DNA of 64,000 nt. It comes from Candidatus Gastranaerophilales bacterium. GTDB lineage: Bacteria > Cyanobacteriota > Vampirovibrionia > Gastranaerophilales > Gastranaerophilaceae. Positions within the stretch are counted from its first letter, which is position 1. Every line of letters begins with the position of its first letter. Position numbers and translations under genes: made by a program. Below are positions 28,513 through 36,442 of the stretch, piece after piece. The stretch lies in NCBI GenBank assembly GCA_944323655.1, contig CALUTL010000006.1, positions 19,950 to 83,949 on the forward strand. The letters run 5' to 3'. The notes below the pieces were generated by a model. That model was not told the origin of the DNA. It searched no databases and saw nothing but the letters and a program-made list of their open reading frames with translations.

Positions 28513-29054
28513 TACACACCTCCTATTTTCATTCCGGAATTATAAAAACTATTGAAATTGTAAGGGTTTATTGTTTTATAATTTCCGAAATTTACGGATT
28601 TGACGGGTTGAGAGGGTTTAATTACAGCCGAAGCCGGTTTTTGGGATGGATTATTTTTTTTGCCCGTAAAAAAGTTCAATAAAGGTTTTGTTGTCATATT
28701 GCAAATCCCGGGGATAATAAATAATGCCGTTATACTTACCGTAATCAAGGATAATGTGGATTTCATTTTGGGTAATTCTTTTAAATGGTTAGTTTTTTTT
28801 GCCAGATGATAGGCAAGTTTTTCGACAACGGCATCTGTTGCAAGATAAGAAACGAATGCAACAGCACCGGTTAAGCCTTCTCTAAATGCAGTGTAAACTC
28901 TTGAATCCCTCTCCTGCTTTTTGTCCATCATAGTAAATGTCGGGCGTAAAATCCCTTTAGACACCGCAATAGTTAAAGCTCCGTATAAAGCTTTGTTATT
29001 TTTCCCAAGCGACATGCATAAATCTTTGAACTTTTTTTGAAAAGGGGTATTCAT
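28512..29054 (-). CDS. hypothetical membrane protein (paralog of downstream gene)
   Basis: See the paralog above. 180 aa with hydrophobic segments. Confidence 0.6.
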   Translation of the reverse strand: MNTPFQKKFKDLCMSLGKNNKALYGALTIAVSKGILRPTFTMMDKKQERDSRVYTAFREGLTGAVAFVSYLATDAVVEKLAYHLAKKTNHLKELPKMKSTLSLITVSITALFIIPGICNMTTKPLLNFFTGKKNNPSQKPASAVIKPSQPVKSVNFGNYKTINPYNFNSFYNSGMKIGGV

Positions 29055-29243
29055 ATAAAAATCACCATTCTAATTCTAAATAGTAAAATAAGTTTGTAAA
29101 ATGTTTTTTTAATTCGGTGCAATATTCCTTAATATTGTTAAAAATAAATTTCAGTTAGTTTTTAAGATTTTACAAATTGCATTTGAGCTTTATAAATTAT
29201 AAAATAATATTTGATATTTTGGGGAATTTAAGGGAGAAGATTA

Positions 29244-32200
29244 ATGAATTGTATAAATAAGTTATGTCCTTTAGCAAATTTGGAATTTGATAAGTTATTT
29301 TTAGGACAGTTATTTTCACATTTTGCTGATGCAATCATACAATTTTTGCTTGTTTCAATGTTGATACAGATTTCAGGCAGTGCAGGAAAATCTATTGCAA
29401 TAATGTTTTTTGTATTTTTGCTTCCTCAATTTATGTTAACCCTGTTTTCCGGAGCTTTGTGCGACAGGTTTTCAAGAAAAGCAATACTTTCTGTAAGTTG
29501 TATATTCAGAACATTAATTACTTTAGCGATTGCTCTTTTGTTGCCTCAATTATCTCAAAATTTAATTTATATATTTGCATTTTTATTAGGTACTGGAGCT
29601 GCTTTTTTCTATCCTGCAAAAATGTCTGCAGTTACAAATATTGTCAGAAGCGAACAATTAAAATTTGCAAATGCTCTAACTTCTTCTGTCGGTGCTGTTG
29701 CATTGCTGTTTGGGGCTTTGGGTGCAAATTATCTTTTGAAAATCGGTGATTTGCAAGCTTTTTTAATTGTTGCCGGCATGTATTTATTTGGTGCAATTTT
29801 TACGGCTGTTATTAAATTCTTAATCCCGCAGAATTATTTTATTCATAAAGAAAAATCAAATGATATTATTCTGGCTTTTAATTATCTCAAAAAACATAAA
29901 AAAGTTCTTTATCTTGTCGGATTAACCATTTGTTTGCAATTTATCGTTGCAGTTTTTTCAAACAGTTTTAATGCTTTGATTACGGATTATTACGGGTTAA
30001 GTTTTTCGGCTTTAACTTATTTAAGGACTATTTTAGGTATCGGTATTTTAGCCGGCATGTTCGCTGCAATTTATTTTGCAAGAATAATGAGGATTCCTCA
30101 TTTGTTTGCAAGCGGTTTTATTGTTTTGTGTTTAGCGTTAGTTACGGCGCCTTTGTGCAAAAGCATTGATACAGCTTGGGGCTGGTTAATTCCGATTGGA
30201 ATGGCGGATGCTGTCGTTATTGTTATGCTGGATACTATTTTGCAGAAAATTACTCCCGACAGAGTGCGCGGTAAAGTTTTTGGTTTGCAGCTTACGGCGA
30301 GCACCTTGAGTTTTCTTGTCGGAACTGTGATTGTTGCAAATGTTATCGGATTTATTAATCCTTTAGAGGTTTTTAGGGGTATTGCATTTTTATCCTTTGT
30401 TTTAGCGGCTTTAGTTTTAATATTTGATAAATCTTTCAGGTATTTTTTACTTAAAGCTACGTTGGGGCATATTTTTTTACTTTTGTTTAGGTATAGAGTT
30501 GAAGGTGCGGAAAATATTCCTCGCAAAGGCAAAATTATATTAGCGGGGAATCATACAGGACATCTCGATCCGTTTATTGTTCAGATGGCAACTCATCGTC
30601 AATTGTGGTTCGTGACAGGTCCGGCAGCTTTTAAAACTCCTGTTGTAAGACATTTATTAAAATATTTCAATGTTTTACCTTTAAAATTTGGCAAGGGTTT
30701 AGAAGCTATTGAAAGTGCAAATAAAAAACTTATTTCCGGCGAAGCCGTAATAATCTTTCCTGAAGGTAAGTTTACGCCAAACGGCGAGATTTGCAAATTT
30801 AACAGAGGTGTCGGATTGATGGCAAAAGCAACCAATGCGCCGATTATTCCTTTTGCAATACAGGGTGGGTTTGAAACTTGGGGAAGAACAAGAAAATTCC
30901 CTAAATTATTTAATACAATCGTGATTCAATTTGGTCAGCCTATAACTGATTTTGACTGTGATGAAAAGGAAATTGCACATGAACTGCAAACTTGCGTGAA
31001 TTTTATGAAAAAATCTCTTGAAAGACGCGCATTTTATAAAATAAATCATAAATTGCATTCAAACTTTTTGGATCTTATGCAAGAAAAAAGTGATATCTAC
31101 GGTCAGGTAAAGGCGTTATCTTTAAAAACAAAAGACGGATATGAAGAATTAAGTTATATTAAAATTTCCAGAAAAGCCAAAAAATTTGCAAATTATCTTA
31201 TTGAAACTGTAAAAGTAGAACGTGGCGAAAGAATTGCTATAATTTGTGAATCTCGACCGGAATTTGCAATAGGAATGTTTGCATCAATTCAGACAGGAGC
31301 TATCACTGTACCGTTGGATGTTAAATTGACTGTGCCTGAACATACGCATATTTTAAATGACTGTAATCCTCGTATTATTTTATGTTCAAGCCATTATTTA
31401 GAGCATGCGCTTGAGGTAAAAAATAATGTCCCGTCAATTGAGAACATATTTGTGCTTGATGATGAAGAAAAAGAACATCCTGAAATTTTATCGGTTTCAT
31501 CACTTGAAGCTGATATAGAAAAAGATTTAGGCCGTCCGAGATCTTTGGATGAAACGGCACTAATCGTTTACACTTCTGGTACAACAGGTAACCCTAAAGG
31601 GGTTATGATTAGTTTCGGGAATATTTATTCGCAATTGAGAGATTTTGAATCAATGTTTAAGCTTACACATGAACATACTCTGCTTTCAATTTTACCTCTA
31701 AATCATTTGCTGGAATTGGATTGCGGATTTTTTGGGATGCTTTATATGGGGGCAAAAATTGTTTATATAAAATCTCTTAATCCGAAAGAATTGACAACGG
31801 TAATGAAAGAAAAAAGAATTACCAATATGATTGTCGTTCCGCTTGTAGCCAAAATGCTTAAAAACAGCATTGACAAACAAATAAAAAAACAATCCGAAAC
31901 TGCTCAAAATATATTTAAAGTATTATATAATTTTGCGAAATTTATGCCTCGAAAAGTTCGTCGTTTAATGTTCAAAACAATTATAGACGGATTAGGCGGG
32001 AGATTAGAATGTTTTATTTGCGGAGGAGCACCTTTAGAGGACGGAGTTGCAGAATTTTTTGACAGAATCGGTATTCCTGTATTTCAGGGTTACGGGTTAA
32101 CCGAAACTTCTCCGACGATTTCAACAAACCGTTACGGACATTCAAAAATCGGAACAGTCGGACAGGCTCTGCCTTCTGTCATTGTAAAAATTGCAGATAA

Positions 32201-32711
32201 CGGAGAAATTCTTGCAACAGGCCCGAATGTTATGCAAGGATATTACGGTAAACCGGAAATGACAGCAGAGGTAATTGATGAGGACGGCTGGTTCCATACA
32301 GGTGATATCGGCGAAATTGACAAACAAGGATTTATCAAAATTACCGGCAGAATTAAGAATATGATAGTTCTTGGTGGCGGCAAAAAAATCTTCCCGGAAG
32401 AAGTGGAAGCTGTTTTGGAAACTTCAGAGTTAATAAAAGAAGTTTGTGTGATGTCTTTGACGATAAAATCCGGAAACAAAGCCGGAACAGAAGAAGTTGG
32501 TGCAATTATAACTCCTTCCGATGAATTACTTCAAAAATCCGATGAGGAAATTCAAAAAGAATTGGAAAAAGAAGTAAAAAGGCTTTCAGATGCGAATTTG
32601 GCACCTTATAAAGCCCCCACGGTTGTAGTTCTTCATCGTGATGAGTTGCCAAAAACTTCTACAAGAAAGGTTAAGAGAAAAGATTTAAAAGAATGGTATG
32701 AAAATCTTTAA
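29244..32711 (+). CDS. triple fusion: MFS (LplT-like) transporter, PlsC-type acyltransferase, and acyl-CoA/ACP synthetase (Aas-like)
   Basis: 1155 aa. Residues ~1-400 are polytopic and MFS-like. The middle has the acyltransferase HX4D block (AGNHTGHLDPF) and FPEGK. The C-terminal part has AMP-binding motifs (YTSGTTGNPKGV, GYGLTETS, TGDIG). Confidence 0.85.
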   Translation: MNCINKLCPLANLEFDKLFLGQLFSHFADAIIQFLLVSMLIQISGSAGKSIAIMFFVFLLPQFMLTLFSGALCDRFSRKAILSVSCIFRTLITLAIALLLPQLSQNLIYIFAFLLGTGAAFFYPAKMSAVTNIVRSEQLKFANALTSSVGAVALLFGALGANYLLKIGDLQAFLIVAGMYLFGAIFTAVIKFLIPQNYFIHKEKSNDIILAFNYLKKHKKVLYLVGLTICLQFIVAVFSNSFNALITDYYGLSFSALTYLRTILGIGILAGMFAAIYFARIMRIPHLFASGFIVLCLALVTAPLCKSIDTAWGWLIPIGMADAVVIVMLDTILQKITPDRVRGKVFGLQLTASTLSFLVGTVIVANVIGFINPLEVFRGIAFLSFVLAALVLIFDKSFRYFLLKATLGHIFLLLFRYRVEGAENIPRKGKIILAGNHTGHLDPFIVQMATHRQLWFVTGPAAFKTPVVRHLLKYFNVLPLKFGKGLEAIESANKKLISGEAVIIFPEGKFTPNGEICKFNRGVGLMAKATNAPIIPFAIQGGFETWGRTRKFPKLFNTIVIQFGQPITDFDCDEKEIAHELQTCVNFMKKSLERRAFYKINHKLHSNFLDLMQEKSDIYGQVKALSLKTKDGYEELSYIKISRKAKKFANYLIETVKVERGERIAIICESRPEFAIGMFASIQTGAITVPLDVKLTVPEHTHILNDCNPRIILCSSHYLEHALEVKNNVPSIENIFVLDDEEKEHPEILSVSSLEADIEKDLGRPRSLDETALIVYTSGTTGNPKGVMISFGNIYSQLRDFESMFKLTHEHTLLSILPLNHLLELDCGFFGMLYMGAKIVYIKSLNPKELTTVMKEKRITNMIVVPLVAKMLKNSIDKQIKKQSETAQNIFKVLYNFAKFMPRKVRRLMFKTIIDGLGGRLECFICGGAPLEDGVAEFFDRIGIPVFQGYGLTETSPTISTNRYGHSKIGTVGQALPSVIVKIADNGEILATGPNVMQGYYGKPEMTAEVIDEDGWFHTGDIGEIDKQGFIKITGRIKNMIVLGGGKKIFPEEVEAVLETSELIKEVCVMSLTIKSGNKAGTEEVGAIITPSDELLQKSDEEIQKELEKEVKRLSDANLAPYKAPTVVVLHRDELPKTSTRKVKRKDLKEWYENL

Positions 32712-32725
32712 TATAAAAAGGTTTT

Positions 32726-33061
32726 TTATCTCCAGTAAACTTTGAATTTTTCAATTTCTTCAAGAGTTTTGTGATAATCCCCCTTGAAACATATCGTTCT
32801 ATCGTCAATGTATAAATAAGACGGTAATTTTACGTTTGTCACATCTTTAAAAAACTTATCTAAATTGTTATTAATTAGCCATTTAGTTGCAAGCATCAAA
32901 TTTCTCGATGTAAAAAGATACAATTCAGCACTTTGAGATAACTTTTCTAAAAACTCATAAGCCCCGACCTTAATTTTAGGGATATAATTTTCATTGAATT
33001 TTTCTTTCCCGTACTCATTTAGAACGCCGTCTAAATCTATAAGTATCTTTTTAGTGAACAT
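32726..33061 (-). CDS. small HAD-like hydrolase (5'-nucleotidase-like)
   Basis: MFTKKILIDLDGVLNEY (DxDG motif). The start at 33061 is chosen; the 80-aa N-terminal extension in the track is low-complexity and overlaps the next gene's promoter region. Confidence 0.55.
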   Translation of the reverse strand: MFTKKILIDLDGVLNEYGKEKFNENYIPKIKVGAYEFLEKLSQSAELYLFTSRNLMLATKWLINNNLDKFFKDVTNVKLPSYLYIDDRTICFKGDYHKTLEEIEKFKVYWR

Positions 33062-33128
33062 AAATATTATCCTATTATTGCTAGTTATACTAGTTGTACA
33101 TAATGCTAGTATAACTAACAATTTAAAA

Positions 33129-33347
33129 ATGAACAAGCCATTTTTAGAAAAATTAGCCAAGAGGCTAAAATATTTAAGAGAAGAAAGAAATTTAACACAG
33201 GATGATCTTGGAGTAAATGGTGTATCAAGATCAATGATTAGTTTGCTTGAACTTGCCAAGACAGATGTTACTGTTACTAAGTTAAAAATTATAGCTGACA
33301 ATTTAGGTGTTGAAGTAAAAGATTTATTTGATTTTAAAGATCAATAA
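33129..33347 (+). CDS. XRE-family HTH protein (1 of 3 tandem paralogs)
   Basis: MNKPFLEKLAKRLKYLREERNLTQDDLGVNGVSRSMISLLE. The track ORF is trimmed to the Met at 33129. Confidence 0.75.
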   Translation: MNKPFLEKLAKRLKYLREERNLTQDDLGVNGVSRSMISLLELAKTDVTVTKLKIIADNLGVEVKDLFDFKDQ

Positions 33348-33349
33348 TT

Positions 33350-33562
33350 ATGGACAAGGTTTTATTACAAAAATTAGCAAATCGCATAAAAGAGTTGAGG
33401 AAATTACATAAGTACACTCAAGATGATTTAGCGGATTTAGCCCAAATTGCACGCTCTACTTTAGGGAATATTGAAACTGCTCAAAATGATGTAACCTTTT
33501 CCAAATTAAATAAAATAGCCAAAGCTTTTAATCTAACATTAGCTGAATTTTTAAATTTTTAA
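33350..33562 (+). CDS. XRE-family HTH protein (2 of 3)
   Basis: LLQKLANRIKELRKLHKYTQDDLADLAQIARSTLGNIE. Lies 2 nt after the previous stop. Confidence 0.8.
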   Translation: MDKVLLQKLANRIKELRKLHKYTQDDLADLAQIARSTLGNIETAQNDVTFSKLNKIAKAFNLTLAEFLNF

Positions 33563-33563
33563 A

Positions 33564-33773
33564 ATGAGACAAGATATAAGACAAATATTAGCAAATAATA
33601 TTAAAAATCTGCGAACACAGAAAAAATTAAGCAGAGAAGAATTATCTTTAATTTTAGGAGTTGATAATTCTTATGTTTCAAAACTCGAAAAAGGTAAAAT
33701 AAATATTACTTTAGATAAAATTGAAATGCTAGCCAATTATTTTGAAACAGAAGTATATTTATTATTAAAATAA
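33564..33773 (+). CDS. XRE-family HTH protein (3 of 3)
   Basis: ILANNIKNLRTQKKLSREELSLILGVDNSYVSKLE. Lies 1 nt after the previous stop. Confidence 0.8.
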   Translation: MRQDIRQILANNIKNLRTQKKLSREELSLILGVDNSYVSKLEKGKINITLDKIEMLANYFETEVYLLLK

Positions 33774-33995
33774 ATCTTATTGATAATTTAGGGTATCTTA
33801 AATTGCAAGTAAAAATAAAATTGCACTTTATTGCACTGGGCTAAAATAGGCTTTGTGAGCAGGATAGACCCTGAAATAAATTCAGGGTGACAGAATTTTA
33901 GTGCAAAAGAGTGCAAGAAAGCGGATTGTCGGCAGAGGGCTAAAGCGAAGCGTGCCCGTTTAACGCCGACAACCAAGTAAGAGTACTTGAGTGCA
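33773..33995. repeat. left copy of island-bracketing repeat unit (TTGCACT / AGTGCAA heptamer arrays)
   Basis: Shares exact blocks of 19 nt (33811-33829 = 55145-55163), 21 nt (33900-33920 = 55243-55263) and 15 nt (33981-33995 = 55265-55279) with the right copy. TTGCACT occurs at 33821 and 33831; AGTGCA(A) occurs at 33900, 33910 and 33990. A 60-nt GC-rich insert (33921-33980) is absent from the right copy. Confidence 0.85.
33867..33891. repeat. REP-like hairpin GACCCTGAAATAAATTCAGGGTGAC
   Basis: 8-bp stem ACCCTGAA/TTCAGGGT with loop ATAAA. It is the same family as the two hairpins at 52024-52085. Confidence 0.8.
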
Positions 33996-34085
33996 GCGGA
34001 TTTTCGGTAGGGCGAAGCGAGGCTTGACTAGCAAGCCCGTAAGGTGTCGGGAAGCTGAGAACTTTCCGACACCCCGAATAATCCA
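33921..34085 (+). ncRNA. GC-rich structured segment; candidate ncRNA or small inserted element (function unknown)
   Basis: Strongly GC-enriched relative to its surroundings. Hairpins: TTGTCGGC...GCCGACAA (33926-33972), GGCTTG/CAAGCC (~34021-34037), and a 12-bp stem GGTGTCGGGAAG/CTTTCCGACACC (~34043-34072) whose single G-T pair is only tolerated on the plus strand. The motif GCGGATTNTCGGNAG..GGC..GCGAAGCG occurs twice (33921 and 33996), each time directly after a GAGTGCA site. Confidence 0.35.
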
Positions 34086-34147
34086 AGACGAAAAGACTGG
34101 TTTAAAGAAACTTCTATTTAAAGATTAAATAGACAAAAAAGATGAGC

Positions 34148-35254
34148 TTAATTAAATAACTTTGAACATTTTTCTTGAATGTCTAATGCAATATCTTTTG
34201 CGAATTTTTCTTTTAGTCCTATATTTTTTGCCACGGCTAGAATATTATCTAAAGTTGGATTTTTACCCTCACCATTAATCGTAGTTGCGTGTTCGCCATT
34301 AAATGAAAAACTATAAGTCAAATCATACGCAGGAGATAAATGCCATTCTTTTTTTGTATCATCAAAAAGAAAAGAAAAATTCTTTGAATGGTCATCTCTG
34401 TTATGTGCAAACACATTAAAGCACATTAACCTGAATAATTGTTCAATATCTTGATAATTTCTTGTTAACTCAAGCGTAAGTTTCATCAATGTATTGTAAT
34501 CAAGGTTAGGAAACCTATGACTTGTTTCTAACAGCCCGCTTGCGGATACCATATGAACTTTTTTACCATTTTTGCGGTCAAACCTTTTTATTCCAAAATA
34601 TCCTGAACAAACTTTAGATGGGAATAGCCTTGTTTCAGTCATATTTATTCCGCAATCTTTTGCACATAGGGAATATTGATATTCTTTTTCACCAATATTT
34701 TTAGAATCAGAGGATGATGGAAACTTAATAATCCAATCCTCGTTATCAATAGATGTCAAAATCTTTGGTCTTGCTCCACCTGATGACCCGCCTAATTGAA
34801 AAAGTTCATCCAAATTATCCGAATTTTGTGATTCTAATATTTTTGAACACTCTTGTGCAAGAATATCATAATCCGCAATGTTATTTTTAGATTCAAACCT
34901 ATGTTCAGGTTTATAAGTTAAAGCCCCCATACCACTTTCTTGAACAACAGCAAGTCTATTGAGGTTATCTATTTCATTAGGGTTAATTTTATTTTTCAAA
35001 AATAACCTGTCAACAAGCAATCTTCCCCAACCGTCAGGCAAACTGTCGTTAAAAACTCCAAATAAACCGCCAAAAGGGTCGTATTTTGGGATAAAAACTT
35101 TCTTGATAAGCGGCAAACTAAAAGGTGAAATGCTAAATCCATTATTTAACCAATCTGAGTCATATTCAAAAGCAGCAACTCTTTCAGGTGTTTTGGCAAG
35201 AGTTCCAACTAAAATATCGTTATAAAAAACTTTTAAATATTTATAGTTATCCAT
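34148..35254 (-). CDS. hipA: HipA-family Ser/Thr kinase toxin
   Basis: LPDGWGR, GGSSGGARPK and DDHSKNFSF are HipA N- and C-domain signatures. Overlaps hipB by 8 nt. Confidence 0.9.
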   Translation of the reverse strand: MDNYKYLKVFYNDILVGTLAKTPERVAAFEYDSDWLNNGFSISPFSLPLIKKVFIPKYDPFGGLFGVFNDSLPDGWGRLLVDRLFLKNKINPNEIDNLNRLAVVQESGMGALTYKPEHRFESKNNIADYDILAQECSKILESQNSDNLDELFQLGGSSGGARPKILTSIDNEDWIIKFPSSSDSKNIGEKEYQYSLCAKDCGINMTETRLFPSKVCSGYFGIKRFDRKNGKKVHMVSASGLLETSHRFPNLDYNTLMKLTLELTRNYQDIEQLFRLMCFNVFAHNRDDHSKNFSFLFDDTKKEWHLSPAYDLTYSFSFNGEHATTINGEGKNPTLDNILAVAKNIGLKEKFAKDIALDIQEKCSKLFN

Positions 35255-35525
35255 TTATAACCTCATCAATTGAGTTGTAGCTTTTTTGCAAAAATAAATT
35301 TTCTAAATCATGCTCTAGATTAAGAGCTATTAGGATTTTTATAAAAGAATTCAGAGAAATTTCATACTTGGATTCAAACCTTTTTATAGAACCGAGACTT
35401 ACACCTGATTTAGTTGCAAGCTGAGCTTGAGAAATCTTAAGCTTTTTCCTGTGCTGCTTAATTTTCCCAACCAGTTCTTTTGCTATATCATTAGGAGTCT
35501 TAGGATTAAATATAAAGTTACCCAT
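35247..35525 (-). CDS. hipB: HipB-like XRE-family antitoxin
   Basis: KIKQHRKKLKISQAQLATKSGVSLGSIKRFE HTH, immediately upstream of and overlapping hipA. Confidence 0.8.
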   Translation of the reverse strand: MGNFIFNPKTPNDIAKELVGKIKQHRKKLKISQAQLATKSGVSLGSIKRFESKYEISLNSFIKILIALNLEHDLENLFLQKSYNSIDEVING

Positions 35526-35584
35526 AGATAATATATTATACTAATTTTATTTAAAAGTCAATAATTAGATAATATATTATCTAA
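35525..35584. promoter_or_regulatory. two palindromic putative HipB operators
   Basis: TAGATAATATATTATAC (35525-35541, touching the hipB start codon) and the perfect palindrome TTAGATAATATATTATCTAA (35565-35584). Confidence 0.5.
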
Positions 35585-35672
35585 TATTATATACAGAAAA
35601 AATACAACAAAATGAAGTTGTGTTGTATTTTTTGAATTCGGGAGCCAAATTTTCTAAACCCCGCTTGAATGC

Positions 35673-35701
35673 CGTTTAAACATTGTTTAAATAGTGTTTA
35701 A
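35673..35701. repeat. three 11-bp-phased GTTTAAA iterons upstream of the recombinase gene
   Basis: GTTTAAAcatt GTTTAAAtagt GTTTAAAtttt, at 35673, 35684 and 35695. Confidence 0.7.
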
Positions 35702-35771
35702 ATTTTGTGTCATTCGTCTTTACTTTTTATAGGGAAGAAGCAAACATTGTCTGTGATTAAGCGGATTTTAA

Positions 35772-36311
35772 ATGAACATAGTACAACCTATAAAAAAGAT
35801 AGAAGACATCCAAAAGATTAAAAAATATCTTGCAAAAAAGCCAAGAGATGCACTGCTTTTTAGTTTCGGGATAAATACAGGACTTAGAATATCTGATATA
35901 TTATCGCTTGATATTGGGGATGTAAAAGGCAGAGATTATATTGAAATTAGGGAGAAAAAGACGAATAAGTATAAGAAATTTCCGCTTAATAGATTTTTGA
36001 AGGAGGAGATTAATTTATTTGTAGAGGGTTTGGCGAGTGAGCAACCGCTTTTTTATACACAAAAACATTGCAGGCTTGATAGAGCACAGGCGTATAGAAT
36101 TTTGAATAAGGCAGCACAAGCTGTTGGGGTGAAGGAAAGAATCGGAACACATACGCTAAGGAAGACATTCGGATATCATCATTATAAAAAATATAATGAT
36201 ATAGTACTCCTGCAAAAAATCTTTAACCACTCCTCTCCATCAGTAACACTCCGCTACATCGGCATTGAACAAGACACAATAGATGAAAGTTATATGAATT
36301 TTTATTTATAA
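35772..36311 (+). CDS. minimal (catalytic-domain-only, FimB/FimE-sized) tyrosine recombinase
   Basis: 179 aa with GLRISDILSL (Arg I), HTLRKTFGYH (H-x-x-R), NHSS (His) and LRYIG (Tyr nucleophile). No N-terminal core-binding domain. Confidence 0.85.
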   Translation: MNIVQPIKKIEDIQKIKKYLAKKPRDALLFSFGINTGLRISDILSLDIGDVKGRDYIEIREKKTNKYKKFPLNRFLKEEINLFVEGLASEQPLFYTQKHCRLDRAQAYRILNKAAQAVGVKERIGTHTLRKTFGYHHYKKYNDIVLLQKIFNHSSPSVTLRYIGIEQDTIDESYMNFYL

Positions 36312-36413
36312 AAAGTTAATAATTAATTTACAGATTAAAGTTGCTGATAGAACAAATAACACTATTTATTATGTTAATATTACTGTATGACAAAATATTT
36401 CTTTACAAAACTC

Positions 36414-36442
36414 TTGACATTAAAAGTTTTTTATGTTAATAT
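36414..36442 (+). promoter_or_regulatory. consensus-like sigma70 promoter for the R-M operon (TTGACA-17 nt-TAATAT)
   Basis: TTGACA at 36414-36419, a 17-nt spacer, and TAATAT at 36437-36442. Lies ~160 nt upstream of the first ORF at 36606. Confidence 0.55.

Noticed and set aside
32726-33347. Long N-terminal extensions of track ORFs 32726-33301 (minus) and 32994-33347 (plus). Likewise 22533-23360, 15865-16545 and 56005-57018.
   Set aside because: The extensions overlap each other or neighbouring genes and are low-complexity. Family-typical N-termini begin at internal Met codons, some with better SD sequences, so the features were trimmed.
33839-33857. TAAAAT within the conserved 19-mer as the -10 of an outward promoter in both repeat units
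   Set aside because: The best -35-like hexamers are 15 nt (left unit) or 22 nt (right unit) away, outside the usual 16-18 nt window. A better promoter for the right-hand operon exists at 55080-55108.
33788-33976. 62-aa minus-strand track ORF across the left repeat unit. The analogous 55132-55320 ORF lies across the right unit.
   Set aside because: Both are read-throughs of repeat, hairpin and GC-rich non-coding sequence. The EFISGS peptide is the translation of the REP-like hairpin. There is no SD, and the two 'proteins' are not colinear.
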